Counted from the stretch's first letter, positions 48,672 to 62,330 are shown. The stretch: DNA of 64,000 bases from Chiloscyllium plagiosum (GCF_004010195.1 NC_057753.1:4902878-4966877); one strand, 5' to 3'. Made by a program: numbers and translations. Notes: generated from the sequence alone by a model not told the origin.

Positions 48672-49703
48672 GTTCAAAATCTCGGGCCTCGATAAATTGC
48701 ACGACTCTGTGTCAGACTCTGATGCGATGTTCGACTTGGGTTTCCCGACTGCAAGTCCTTCCCTTCTAATATTCTGTGAAATGTTTAAAAACAGGAAAAG
48801 AAAAGGGAGTGAGAGAAAACCCTCAAAAACACAGACAGGTTGTGAAATTGAGCTGAATTAATCTGGAAACATGAGAGGCCAGGAAAAGATGGGAGAAAAA
48901 CCCCCACTGGTTCAGTAATATCCATCAGGAGAGGGAATTTGCCACCCAGACCAGACCTGCACAACACTCTGGCTTTGAGTTGAGTAGAGAGAGAGGCAGT
49001 GGTCGGTGAGGCAGATAATGATGGAAAGGGATATTTATATGTGAACAAATCAACTACAACACTGACAGAATCTCTCAAACCCTAAACCTCTGCCACCTAT
49101 AAGGACCCAGCTCACAGGTAGATGAACATTAAGCTCTCTAAGTCACACACTGTCCTGTCTCGTCTGACATTTGGTAGCAGATGAGCCGAAATGTACTCTG
49201 TTTAAATATCAGGAAGACTGAAGCCATTGTCTTTACCAAACTGTACTCTCGCCACTGACCCCCATCCCTCTCCCATTGTCTGAGGCTGAACCAGACTATT
49301 CACAACCAAAGGTAAAAAACTTCAACTCAAGGTGAGCTTCCAACCACAAATCCCAATCATCGGTGCGATCACCTATTTCCACCTCAGCAATATCACTGAT
49401 ACCTGCTGCTGAAACTCTCATCGTTTCCTTTGTTACCTTTAGACTGAAGAACATAAGAACTAGGAGCAGGAGTAGGCCGTTCAGCCCATCGAGCCTGCTC
49501 CGCCATTTAATAACATCATGGGCAATCTTTTCATGTACTCAGCTCCACTTACCTGCGTTTTCACCACATCCCTTAATTCCTTTTAATTTTCAAAAATGTA
49601 TCTGCCTTAGCTTTAAAAGCAATTACTGAAGCAGTGTCAACTACTTCCCTCGGCAAGGAATTCCATAGATTAATAACCCTCTGGGTGATGAAGTTCCTTC
49701 TCA

Positions 49704-49990
49704 TTCCAACTGGAACTCTATCAACAAACATATCGAGTTAGACCCCATCTACCATCCGCTGAGAAAAGGAACAGGAAGTGACTTCACCACAGGAAATAAC
49801 AACATCACCAACCCAAAGAAACCCAAACATATAAATAGAAAGCAAAAATTTTCAGCAATGCTTCGCCCGAGGCCCACTGAAGATATTACCTAGTAGGGTA
49901 ACGAAATGTCTGGAAATTAACCTTTCAGCTCAGTGAGCAAACCTACATCCAAAACCTCAACCTGAACTACAAATCTTCTCAAAACTCGCT
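49704..49990 (+). mobile_element. Penelope (Poseidon-like) 3' fragment inserted in a CR1 tail
   Basis: WNSINKHIELDPIYHPL; 12-bp TSD AGTTCCTTCTCA; cca-CTGAAGA-t-attacc..ggtaac-GAAA-tgtc-tgg at 49874-49913. Confidence 0.85.
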
Positions 49991-51409
49991 AGTTCCTTCT
50001 CAGTTCAGTTCTAAACCTGTTTCCTCTAATCCCCTTTTGTCCTAAAGACACCCAGTCAGCCAAACCTCTGCTGTCTGTGTGCTTACTTACACCAGGTCTC
50101 GTTCACCTAGCATTCCCGTGCTCACTGACCTTGAAGGCTCCCAATTGAAAGCAGAAACATTTTAGAATTCTCATTCTCAATTTCTTTTATGGCTGCGACC
50201 AGCCCCATCTTTGCACTCTCTTCATGCCACTCAACCTTCGAGATCTCTGCTTCTCATTTAGTTTCAGCCTCCAACAGTGTGTTTATTATTCGCTTCACCA
50301 CTGGTGGCCATTTCATCTGGAATTCCCACCCAAAACCTCTCAGCTTCTTCTTCCTCCTTCAAGATTCTCCTTAAAACCTAATCGCCTGGCAAAGATTTTG
50401 GTCACTTGGCCTAATATTCCTGCAGTAATTCAGTGTCAAATATTCCTCTAACACATTTCTGTGAAATTCCTTGGAACATGTTATTAAATTTGATACACGA
50501 CAAAAACACAAGTGATTGGACATATATCATTAACCCTTCAACACTGGATGAATATTCTGTTACAACTTACCAAACAACACTGTGGGAGCACCTCCACCAC
50601 ACGACTGCAGTGGTTCAAGAAGGTCAAACATCATCATTATCGTCGTCACAGGCAACTGAGTACTGGCAATGCTTGCTGGTGTCTGTCAGAGAGAGAAAAA
50701 CAGAGTTAAAACAGAGGGAAAACAGGAAATAAAACAGCGCTGAACTTAGTTCTCAGAAACAGAAGGGAAATGGACTCCCATGCTGGAAAAAGGATTCTTG
50801 ACTCTGAAACATATTGAGGGAGCATAAAGCTAGCAAGTCAGCAGCACATGATCAGGGATGAACAGCAGTACAAATCTCATTTAGACAAGGTCTGAGAAAG
50901 TAACAGCAAAATACGAAACAGAGCTAAAATATATCCCTAAATTTGAGTTGGAAGAAAGTAGACAATGACAGAGAGATGATAAGGGAGGGCAGAGGGGAAA
51001 CAGAGCACTGGTTAGGTGTTATCTTCGCAGGTTTAAGAACATTGGACAAGCCTGGTACTGCGAGAATCTGGTCTGAAGGATCATAATCCTTGAAGCAGTG
51101 CTACAGTGGGGCCGAACCCCAATTGGCAGCCCCAACCTGCAAGGCTGCAACAGCTAATAAAAAAAGCTCTGAACAAGTTGGAAGAACTTCCCCTCCACTA
51201 AACATATGGAGTGTAACAGGCTGGTTAAGAGCTGCTGAAGCCACTCCTTTGGCTCAGCATTCAACCAGCTCCAAACTTCCTTTCCCAGTAAACATATTCT
51301 TCAACCATCTCAGTAAGTTTACGACAGAAATCCAGAGGCGACAAACCTTTCTCAAGGTTTGAATTTTCTACGTGCAAGTCCCCATCCAGACCCATAACAA
51401 AGGAAGGTT

Positions 51410-51970
51410 AACGCAGGCGCCCTGCAGAGCCTTGCCCCCTATAAATATGGCGGCCGCGCACACGTTCACTGAACACTGCCCCCCAAGAAAGATGGCGACG
51501 GTAACCCGGACCTGTTACCGCCTGAGGCCCGCGGCCTTTTTGCCGTTAGCTGCAAACGCGGGCCCGGGGCGTTTCTAATCCAGGTCTGACGGCTGACACC
51601 GATCGCCGATGAAACCTCTTAGTTCACACTGACTTTATTTCTCGCCTGCGGCCACTATCCATTCGCCAACGCCCGCAGCTCGCGCGAACTCGGCCATCTT
51701 TCAGTTGCGGCGACGCGGCGCCTGCGCAGAGTCTCCTTCGGCGGGGTGGGGTGGTGACGCAACGGTCGGTGTAGCCCCGCCCGCATCGCTCCGATTGGTT
51801 GGAAGACCACCTGCATTCGCTCCGTCCTCCAGCACTGGCCACACTCCTCCTATTGGTCCGAACCCGCTGTCAATCATCCGGTCCTCATTGTGAGCTGGAG
51901 CGTGCGCGGTGTTCTGCGTCTTGTCCACCACCTCCAGGGGTGAAAGTGATCATTCATCCTGGTGGGTAAG
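51410..51970. promoter_or_regulatory. CpG-island promoter of ZNF-E, probably bidirectional
   Basis: Very CpG-rich; YY1-type sites at 51443 and 51488; dyad 51800-51831 flanked by ATTGG; + strand donor GGTGG|GTAAGA at 51965. Confidence 0.78.
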
Positions 51971-52534
51971 AAAGGTGTTATTCCCCTTATTGGCTCAGAG
52001 CAAGTGAAACGATAGTTTCACGTTTTTAGCCAGAAAGTGACTGGCCCCTGTAGTCTGAGGACTTAAAATATTTCGTGACATTCCCCGATTCTCCCAGTGT
52101 AAGGCAATAACAACAACAACTTGCATTCTTATGGAACTTTTTACACACTGAAGTACACTTCCAGAGTGCCCCCATCTCCCAAACCAGGTTTCAGAAGCTT
52201 GGTCGAAGAAGTCAAATATCAAATAAAACAAAGGAGAAGAGACGCTTCGATCCCATCAGCTGGAAGTGTGGGTGTAAATGAGGGATGGCAAAGTGGCACA
52301 GTGGTTAGCATTGCTGCCTCACACCGCCAGGGACCAGCTTACCATCTGCTTGCCAGTGGTTTCATGTTGTAAAATGATTTTATTGTTAATCACCTTTTTT
52401 GGATATGCTGTGAAAAACCTATGGGACATGTGGCTTTTGAACCCAGACCTTTTGCCCTGAGGTAGGGGCCGGTGGTCAGCTGTTGGATCCCGAACAGATT
52501 CCACGTAAACAATGGATAGCTAGAGAAGTGATTG

Positions 52535-53448
52535 CTGGACCTCTTGCTGAGATATTTGGATCATCGATAGTCACAGGTGAGGTGCCGGATGACTAGAGAT
52601 TGGCAAACATAGTGCCACTGTTTAAGAAGGGCGGTAAAGACAAGCCAGGGAACTATAGACCAGTGAGCCTGACCTCAGTGGTGGGCAAGTTGTTGGAGGG
52701 ATTCCTGAGGGACAGGATGTACATTTACTTGGAAAGACAATGACTGATTAGGGATAGTCAACATGGCTTTGTGCGTGGGAAATCATGTCTCACAAACTTG
52801 ATTGAGTTTTTTGGAGAAGTAACAAAGAAGATTGATGAGGGCAGAGCAGTAGGTGTGATCTATATGGACTTCAGTAAGGCATTCGACAAGGTTCCCCATG
52901 GGAGACTGATAAGCAAGGTTAGATCTCATGGAATAAAGGGAGAACTAGCCATTTGGATACAGAAGTGGCTCAAAGGTAGAAGACCGAGGGTGATAGTAGA
53001 GGGTTGTTTTTCAGACTGGAGGCCTGTGACCAGTGGAGTGCCACAAGGATCGGTGCTGGGTCCTTTACTTTTTGTCATTTACATATATGATTTGGATGCG
53101 AGCATAAGGGGTACAGGTTAGTATGTTTGCAGATGACACCAAAATTGGAGGTGTAGTGGACAGCGAAGAGGGTTACCTCAGATGACAACAGGATCTGGAC
53201 CAGATGGGCCAATGGGCTGAGGAGTGTCAGATGGAATTTAATTCAGATAAATGCGAGGTGCTGCATTTTGGGAAAGCAAATCTTAGCAGGACTTATACAC
53301 TTAATGGTAAGGTCCTAGGGAGTGTTGCTGAACAAAGAGACCTTGGAGTGCAGGTTCATAGCTCCTTGAAAGTGGAGTCATAGGTAGATAGGATACTGAA
53401 GAAGGCATTTGGTATGCTTTCCTTTATTGGTCAGAGTATTGAGTACAG
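52535..53448 (+). mobile_element. CR1/HER1-type LINE RT region
   Basis: [39 protein letters not shown]. Confidence 0.93.
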
Positions 53449-53722
53449 GGTGGCATGATGGCCCGGGTTAGCACCACTACCTTATAGTGCCAGGGACCTG
53501 GGTTTGATTCCACCCTCTGTGACTGTGCAAACTCCAAATAGACATTCTCCCCGTGTCTGCATGGGTTTCCACCTGCAGTCCAAAGATGTACAGGTTAGGT
53601 GGATTGGCCATGCTATAGTGTCCAAGGCTGTGCAAGATTAGCCATGGGAAATACAGGATAGAGGGATGGGATGCTCTTTGGAAGATTGGGATGGACACCT
53701 GCATTATTGGGATTTTATGATT
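53449..53722 (+). mobile_element. HE1-type V-SINE (diverged)
   Basis: Degenerate head and V-domain. Confidence 0.75.
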
Positions 53723-54129
53723 TTTTTTCAGCTCACCTCTTTCCCTCTACATCCTTCCTCCCTCCCACCTTCTGTTCAATATAATTTCTTTTCCTCTAGC
53801 TGCTGTCAGTGCTGATGAAGAGTCGCCAACTTGAAAAATGAGCTCTGCTTTCTCCACACAGATGCGACCAGACCTGCTGAGTTTCCCCAGCTATTTCTGT
53901 TTTTGTTTCAAGTCTCCAGCATCCGCAGTCCTTTACTTCAACTCACTTTTAATGGTGTCAATCAACACAGAGCGTACAAGTTGTTTCTACAGAGAATGGT
54001 AACTCTCTGAGAACAGGGTTTTTTAAAAATTTCAATCATGGGATCTGAGTGTCACTGGATAGGCCAGCATTTAATGCTGATCCCCCATTACCTGGGGCAC
54101 AGTGTCATTGCTGTGTCTTGAATTGCATT

Positions 54130-54735
54130 GTAAGACCACAAGAAAAAGGGATTGAAGTAGGGCATTTGGCTTATCAAGCCTCCTTAACCATCAATAGGAT
54201 CACAGCTGATCTGACATTCCCCACGTTGTATTTTGCTGGGTTTTCCCAATAGCCTGGGATTCCCCTACTGATCAAGAACCTATCTATCTATCTCAGCTTT
54301 AACATACACAAGGGCTCTGCTCCCACAGCTCTCTGTAGCATGGAATTCCAAAGAACACTCAAACCTCCGAGAAGAAATTCCTCTTCAGCTCAGTCTTCAA
54401 TTGTCGCACCTTTATTCTGAGACCACACTCTTAGCTGCTAGACCCTCCCATGAGGGGAAACATCCTCTCAGTATCTAGCCTGTCAAGGACCTTATAAAAT
54501 CCGATAGATTTCAATGAGATGACTTCTCATTCTGCACCAATGAATACAGCTCCAACCCATTTAGCATTTGCTCTGGACAATCCCTCCACATCAGGCATCA
54601 TCCTGGTGAACCTGCCCTGAACTACCTCCAACAAAATGATATCTTTCCTTAAATAAGTGAGCCAAAACTGTTCTCAGTGCTCCAGGTGTGATTTTATCAA
54701 CACCTTGTATAATTGCAGTAAGACTTTCCTACTCA
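54130..54735 (-). mobile_element. Old CR1 3' fragment
   Basis: aagaccacaagaaaaagg.. tail; gatttcaatgagat..cttctcattc; ctccaggtgtg. Confidence 0.75.
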
Positions 54736-55307
54736 AGGTAAGGACGACCCATATCCTGTGTGAAAGCACACTACTGAGCAGGATGGACTTTTATGACAAT
54801 AAACATTGATTAGGCTAGCTTTTTTAACTCTAGGCTTTTTAAAAAATTGCGTTCAAATTTGCAGTGGTGTAATTTGAATCCATCTCCCCACAGCATGAAC
54901 ACCTTGGGTGTAGGATTACAACTTCACTGATATTACCCCACCAATTTGCTACGTCTCCGCTAATAGATGGTCCACTCCCTGGGAGGACAGGAACCCTCAC
55001 AATTTTTACAAAGTATTTAGATGAGCATTTGAAGTATCATACGAGTCAAAGCTATGGGCCTAGTGCGGAAACATGGGACAAGTTAGGTCGCATAATTTCG
55101 GTGTTATAGAAATAATGGCCTCTTCTGTACTGGAGGATTCTACGTTTCAAAGCTCAGATTTGGACCTTGAGGGCCGACGCACATGAAACACAATTACTCA
55201 ATATCCTTTACCCCAATTATAATGACTCCACCTTTGATGACTGTGTTTTCAGTGGCCTGGATATTATGCCCTAGTCTGTCCTCCCCAAACCTCTCCACCT
55301 TTCTACT

Positions 55308-56010
55308 TGTTATGACACGGGGTAAACCCCTCTGCGAATTTAAACCAGCCACACAGAAATAATTCACCTCATGCTGTAATCTGTTAAAATTTGAGAGGCA
55401 AAGAACTATCTCAGAGGTCACTACTTAAAGAATAAAGTTGTTAATTTTTACTTTAAGTCCAACACAGAATATTAAAACCAACAACTATTTACAACTCCTT
55501 TCTATTAATCCTATCTTTCACCTCCCGCTCTACAATACTAGTCCGATAACAAAATCCTGATTAAGACATACAAAAAAAAAATCAGTCAGGTTTGCCGCTT
55601 CTCCTTTGTAGATTTTCCTCTACAGATTCTCTCCAGGTCAGCCTCAATGTTCTGCTGCACAAACTCCCCACAGACAGGTACCTTTCAGAGAGCTCTTCAG
55701 GTAGCAGTCTGCATTTGTTGGTCTTTGGCAGTTCTCCCCCTAACTGTTCAAAATGTCTTGTTTTATGCCCCAAAACATCGGACCATTTCATTGGTTTTAA
55801 TATTATCAAAATACTAATTCCAAATTTGATTGTATTTTGGTATCTTGGGACATAATTTAAACTGATTGGCTGAATTAGAGTTTGTTTTTGTTTCATGGCA
55901 ACGCAGCAGCTGCTATTTATTTCGACATTGATACCTTGGTTTGTGCTGTCAGTCTTTACTAACTTTTCAACTCTCGTAAAGGTACAGTAAACATCTATAC
56001 CTTCATAACA
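55308..56010. mobile_element. Solo LTR (703 bp)
   Basis: TGTTATGA...TCATAACA 8-bp inverted termini and exact 5-bp TSD CTACT (55303-55307 / 56011-56015). Confidence 0.85.
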
Positions 56011-56109
56011 CTACTTCACTTACTTCCTTAACCTAATATTGTCTTACCTTCCTGTGAAATGCCTTGTATTATTTTATTATGCAAAGAACTTGCCAGAATT
56101 AAAATTTGC

Positions 56110-56432
56110 TGCAGTTGTTATAATTCAGCAAGACCTGATCACCAAGTGAATGAGTCTGTATCACTGTAAATGTAATTCAGCTGGACACAACTTATATCAT
56201 ATTTCAGTGGGACTGATAATTGAATGAGTGAGTGAGTCTGTATAAATGTCACTCAGATAGACATGGCTTGTGTCACAATTCAGTGAGGTCTGATCACTGC
56301 AGAGGAGAAAATGTAACTCAGACACAACTTGTGTCATAGCTCAGTGGGATCTACAGTGATCACTGAATGAGTCTGCAGAAATGTAACTCAAATAAACACA
56401 GGTTTTGTCATAGTTCAGAGAGATCTGCTCAC
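56110..56432. repeat. Degenerate tandem repeat, about 65-76 bp period, 4-5 units
   Basis: AAATGT(A/C)A(C/T)TCA recurs at 56168, 56244, 56309 and 56379, each followed by tca..tcagtg..tgatcactga. Confidence 0.8.
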
Positions 56433-57289
56433 ATGATGCCATTTGTGGGATTGCGAGGAGCTATTCTGGTAGTGTCAAATAGCTGAATTCAGATGTAGAG
56501 TTCTGAGAAAGATTGCACAGATTTGGGAGGTGACAAAATTATCAGGGAGTTCAGAGTTGACAGTAATTTGCAAGACAGTGGGATCAAGGGTTTGTTTATG
56601 GCGGAGAGGGTGATGATGGCAGATTTGAATGGGAGAGATAGAAAGATAAGAGAGAGAAGAGAGAGAGAGCAGATTAGTGGGAATAGACCAGGAGTGGGTC
56701 CTGTGGACAAATGGAGATGTGAGATGGGAGAGAACTAACTAAAGATGGAGATTCAGGTCTCAGGGCAAGAACTTTATGCAATTTGCAAGCATCATTTCTA
56801 AGTTTTAATGCAATCTGATTTAAACATGTTCTGTGGAACAATTCTGAGAGTTTAAAGCATCGTAATAACAACAAATAATTATTAAAAACTGAGAGAACTG
56901 CAGATGCTGGAAAGTGTCACTCAATCCGAAACATGAACTCTGATTTCTCTCCACAGATGCTGCCAGGCGTGGAGCTTTTCTGCTTTTCAACTCGGAGGGT
57001 GGTTTGGCCTCATGAAAGGGAGGGGAGCAGCAGAGACACCAAATCAGATTGTCTCTACTTTCGTGACAAAAAAGCTTGATGAGCTCCTCACACACGTCAT
57101 TGATGTGAGCATGGAGGAGACAGGAAGCAACTTCAAAACAAACTTACAACAAGATTCACCACATTGTGTTTTTAATAAAAAGCTGATTTATTTAACTTAA
57201 TCCACAGTACTCACCCCATAACTGGGCTGGAGGTTATTCACATCAGCAGAATGTAGGATTAGTACGGAAATTAACATTTTATGATTGAC

Positions 57290-59570
57290 TTAGAGTCATA
57301 GAGATGTACAGCATGGAAAGAGTCCCTTCAGTCCAACCCATCCATGCCGTCCAGATATCCCAACCCTATCTAGTCCCACCTGCCAGCACCCGGCCCATAT
57401 CCCTCCAAACCCTTCCTATTCATATACCCATCCAAATACCTCCTAAATGCTGCAATTGTACCAGCCTCCACCACATCCTCTGGCAGCTCATTCCATACAT
57501 ATACCACCCTCTGTGTGAAAAGGTTGCCCCTTAGGTCTCTTTTATATCTTTCCCTTCTCACCCTAAAAAAAAATGCCCTGCAGATCTGGACTCCCCGACC
57601 TCAGGAAAAAGACTTTGTCTAGTTATTCTATTCATGTCCCTCATAATTTTGTAAACCTCTATAAGGTTGCCCCTCAGCCTCCGACGTTGCAGGGAAAACA
57701 GCCCCAGCCTGTTCAGTCTCTCCTTATAGCTCAAATCCTCCAACTCTGGCCACATCCGCGTAAATCTTTTCTGAACCCTTTCAAGTTTCACAACATCTTT
57801 CCGATAGGAAGGAGACCAGATGTGCACACAATATTCCAACAGTGGCCTAAGCAATGACCTGTACAGCTGCAACTCTCAACTCCTGTACTCAATACTCTGA
57901 CCAATAAAGGAAAGCATACCAAAAGCTGCCTTCAATATCCTAAGTACCTGCGACTCCACTTTCAAGGAACTATGAACCTGCACTCCAAGGTCTTTTGTTC
58001 AGTAACACTCCCTAGGACCTTAAAATTAAGTGTATAAGTCCTGCTAAGATTTGCTTTCCCAAATGCAGCACCTCGCATTTATCCGAATTAAACTCCATCT
58101 GCCATTTCTCAGCCCATTGGCCCATCTGATCAAGATCCTGTTGTAATCTGAGGTAATCTTCTTTGCTGTCCACTACACCTCCAATTTTGGTGTCATCTGC
58201 AAACTTACTAACAGTACCTCTTATGCTCGCATCCAAATCATTGATATAAATGACAAAAAGTAGAGGGCCCAGCACCGATCCTTGTGGCACTCCACTGGTC
58301 ACAGGCCTCCAATCTGAAAAATAAACCACCACCAACACCCTCTGTCTTCTACCTTTGAGCCAGTTCTGTATCCAAATGGATAGTTCTCCCTGTATTCAGT
58401 GAGATCTAACCTTGCTAATCAGTCTCCCATGGGGAATCTTGTCGAATGCCTTACTGAAGTCCATATAGGTCACATCTACTGCTCTGCCCTCATCAATCCT
58501 CTTTGTTACTTCTCCAAAAAACTCAATCAAGTTTGTGAGACATGATTTCCCACGCACAAAGCCATGTTGACTATCCCTAATCAGTTCTTGCGTTTCCAAA
58601 TACATGTACATCCTGTCCCTCAAGATTCCCTCCAACAACCTGCCTACCACCGACGTAGGGCTCACCGGTCTATAGTTCCCTGGCTTGTCTTTACCGCCCT
58701 TCTTAAACAGTGGCACCACGTTAGCCAACCTCCAGTCTTCCGGCACCTCACCTGTGACTATCGATGATACAAATATCTCAGCAAGAGGCTCAGTAATCAC
58801 TTCTCTAGCTTCCCACAGAGTTTTCGGGTACACCTGAGCAGGTCCTAGTGATTTATCCACTGTTATGTGTTTCAAGACATCCTCCTCTGTAATATGGACA
58901 TTTTTCAAGGTGTCACCATCTATTTCCCTACATTCTATATCTTCCATATCCTTTTCCATAGTAAATACTGATGCAAAATACTCATTTAGTATCTCCCCCA
59001 TTTACTGCAAATCCACACAAATGCTGCCTCGCTGATCTGTGCGGGGCTCTATTCTCTCTCTAGTTACCCTTTTGTCCTTAATGTATTCGTAAAAAACCTT
59101 TGGATATTCCTTAATTCTATTTGCCAAAGCTGTCTCATGTCCCCTTTTTGACCTCCTGATTTCCCTCTTAGGTGTACTCCTACTTCCTTTATACTCTTCT
59201 AAGGATTCCCTCGATAATCCTGTCCATACCTGACATATGCTTCCTTCTTTTTCTTAACCAAACCCTCAAATTTCTTTAGTCATCCAGCATTCCCTATACC
59301 TACCAGCCTTTCCTTTCACCCTAACAGGAATATACTTTCTCTGGATTCTTGTTATCTCATTTCTGAAGGCTTCCCATTTTCCAGCCGTCCCTTTACCTGT
59401 GAACATCTGCCTCCAATCAGCTTTTGAAAGTTCTTGCCTAATACCGTCAAAATTGGCCTTTCTCCAATTTAGAACTTCAACTTTTAGATCTGGTCTATCC
59501 TTTTCCATCACCATTTTAAAACGAATATAATTATGGTCGCTGGCCCCAAAGTGCTCCCCCACTGATACCA
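57290..59570 (-). mobile_element. CR1/HER1-type LINE, most of ORF2 and 3' end
   Basis: Successive minus ORFs: SDHNYIRF (EN end), [51 protein letters not shown]. Confidence 0.95.
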
Positions 59571-60059
59571 TGGATACGATTTTGAAGGGAATAAGAAGTT
59601 TTTTCTCTAGTGTGAAGGCGAACATTTACCTATCAATGAAAATATCTGGGAAGAGCAGTGAAGTCCTACATTATAGTAAAGGCACAATGAAGATAAATTG
59701 CTCCTGCAGTTTTTGGCACATTGCAATTTTTGGGAGCTGCTTGTGTACTAATTGTTGTCATAATTCCTACATTATCACTGTGATTACACTTCATACATAC
59801 TTCAATCGTTGTGAAATATTTGCTACATTATAATGTTGTGAAAGTCATAATATAAATCAATGATTTTTAAAGAAGGTTTCAAATACGTAGTTCCAAATGA
59901 GTTTCAGTAACAACAACATGATACATTTATAGAGCGCCTTTCAGAGGAACGTGGGGCATCTGTAGCTGAAAGCCTGCAGTGGTCGAGAGACTAAAATTGG
60001 GCTGTCAAATAAAGGAGAATCTATGACAGGGAAACAAAGTTGTGGTTTATCTTTGCACT

Positions 60060-62330
60060 CCATTTCCCAGAGAATCCTAGGATAAATGCCATCAGGCCCA
60101 GGGGACTTATCTATTTTCACCTTTTCCAGGATTTCCAACACCTCTTCTCTACATACCTCAAAGCCTTCCATTCTACTTATTTGTGACTCAGTGTTCGCAT
60201 CGACGACAATGCCCTGTTCCTGAGTAAATACTGCAGAAAAGTATTCATTCAGTGTCTCCCCAATCTCTTCCGCCTCCACACGCAACTTCCCACTACTATC
60301 CTTGACTGGACCTATTCCTACCCTAGTCATTCTTTTATTCCTACAAGTTTGTTTCTCAATTTCGCTCTGACTATTGGGGTGTCTCTAATACAATCCCAAT
60401 AAGGTGATCATCCCTTGCTTAATTCTCAGTTCCACCCAAATAACTTCCCTGGATGTATTTCCAGGAATAACCTCCCTCAGTGCAGCTGTAATGCTATCCC
60501 TTATCAAAAATGCCACTCCCCCTCCTCTCTTGACTCCCTTTCTATTCTTCCTGTAGCATTTGTATCCTGGAACATTAAGCTGCCAGTCCTGCCCATCACT
60601 GAGCCATGTTTCTGTAATTGCTATGATATCCCAGTCCCATGTTCCTAACCATGCCCTGAGTTCACCTGCTTTCCCTGTTAGGCCCCTTGCATTGAAATAA
60701 ATGCAGTTTAATTTATTAGTCCTGCCTTGTCGCTGCCTGCCCTGACTGTTTGACTCGCTTCTGTTCTCAACTGTACCAGTCTCAGATTGATCTCTTTCCT
60801 CACTATCTCTCTGGCTCCCACCCCTCATCTCACTAGTTTAAATCCTCCCAAGCAGCTCTAGCAAATCTCCCTGCCAGTCTCTTAGTCCCCTTCCAATTTA
60901 TGTGCAATCTGTCCTTCTTGTACAGGTCACTTCTACCCCAGAAGAGATTCCAATAATCCAAATTTGTGAATCCTTCTCCCATACACGAGCTCCTTAGCCA
61001 TGCATTCATCTGCTCTATCCTCCTATTCCTGCCTTCACTAGTTCATAGCACCGGGAGTAATCCAGATATTACTACTCTCAAGGATCTCCTTTTTAAATTG
61101 CTGCCTAACTCTCTGTAATCTCCCTAGAGAATCTCAATCTTTTCCCTTCCTATGTCGTTGGTTCCAATGTGTACAATAACCTCCTGCTGGCCCCTCTCCC
61201 CCTTGAGAACATTCTGCACCCTCTCTGAGACATCCTTGATCCTGGCACCAGGGAAGCAACACATCATTCTGATGTTTTGCTGCTGGCCACAGAAACGTTT
61301 GTCTGTATCTTGGACTAGAGAGTCCCCGAACACAATTGATCTCTTGGAACCTGACGAACCCCTCGTTGCATTAGAGCCAGTCGCAATACCAGAAACTTGG
61401 CTGTTTGTGCTACGTTCCCCTGTGAATTGATCACCCCCTACATTTTCCAAAACAGCATACCTGTTTTAAATGGGGATAGCCACAGAAGACTCCTGCACTA
61501 GCTGCCTACCTCTCTTACCTTTCCTGGAGTTAACCCATCTATGTGACTGTATCTGAGACTTTTCCCCCTTCCCATAACTGCCAACCATCACATACTGTTG
61601 CTGTTGCAAATTCCTCATTGCCACTAACTGTCTCTCCAACCGATCCATTCAATCTGATAGGATTCACAACCACAGCATTTATTGCAATCTGCAGTAACCC
61701 TTAAACTCTTTTAAACTCCCACACCTGACAAGAAGCACATATCACTCTGCTAAAGGCCATTTTTGCTCCTTCACAATCTACAGACCCAGAAAATAACACC
61801 ATCTTATTCTTCTATAAAACACTGCCCCAGGTTAAATTAATAGCTAAGGCTTATATTTTAAATTTAATCAAGAGATATATCTCAAAAAACATATAATCAA
61901 GAAAGAACCCACACAATTAAAATAATTCACTTATCTCCTTCTGTGCTGTGAGCTTTGCCCAAACAGTTCCTCCAAGATCAGTTGTGAATTTCACTGTTTG
62001 TTAATTTTCCCAGACACACTCCAATGTCCAGTGATACGTGAATTCAAACAGCAAAGGCAGTAACTATGCAGATACACTGTAGTGTCAGTTTCTTTCTCTC
62101 TCTCTCTCCTGCATTGATCTCACCATGTGCTTCCTTTGTCTGTTCTTCTCCCTTTTAAAACTGCTGTTGTTTTGACTTTTTTTCCCCCCCAAAGTTCCAA
62201 AGCAACGTAGCAGCATATAAAACAGTAATTGCTGCTCCTGGAATTTGAGGAAATCACCTCCAACACCTAAAATTCCTCAAAGAAAGGAGCAGACTGTTAC
62301 AGCCAGAAATTTTTCCCGTCCTCCCTTGGA
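60060..62330 (-). mobile_element. CR1-type LINE 5' part: 5'UTR, ORF1 with SGNH esterase, APE endonuclease start, piece of linker
   Basis: IVFGDS..CCFPGARIKDV..VHIGTND (esterase); CIYFNARGL..IAITETWL..RGGGVA (APE); DKSPGPDGIYPRIL. Confidence 0.92.

Noticed and set aside
56110-56432. CRISPR-like or snoRNA array
   Set aside because: Eukaryotic context; whole units are degenerate copies with no unique spacers and no consistent C/D boxes
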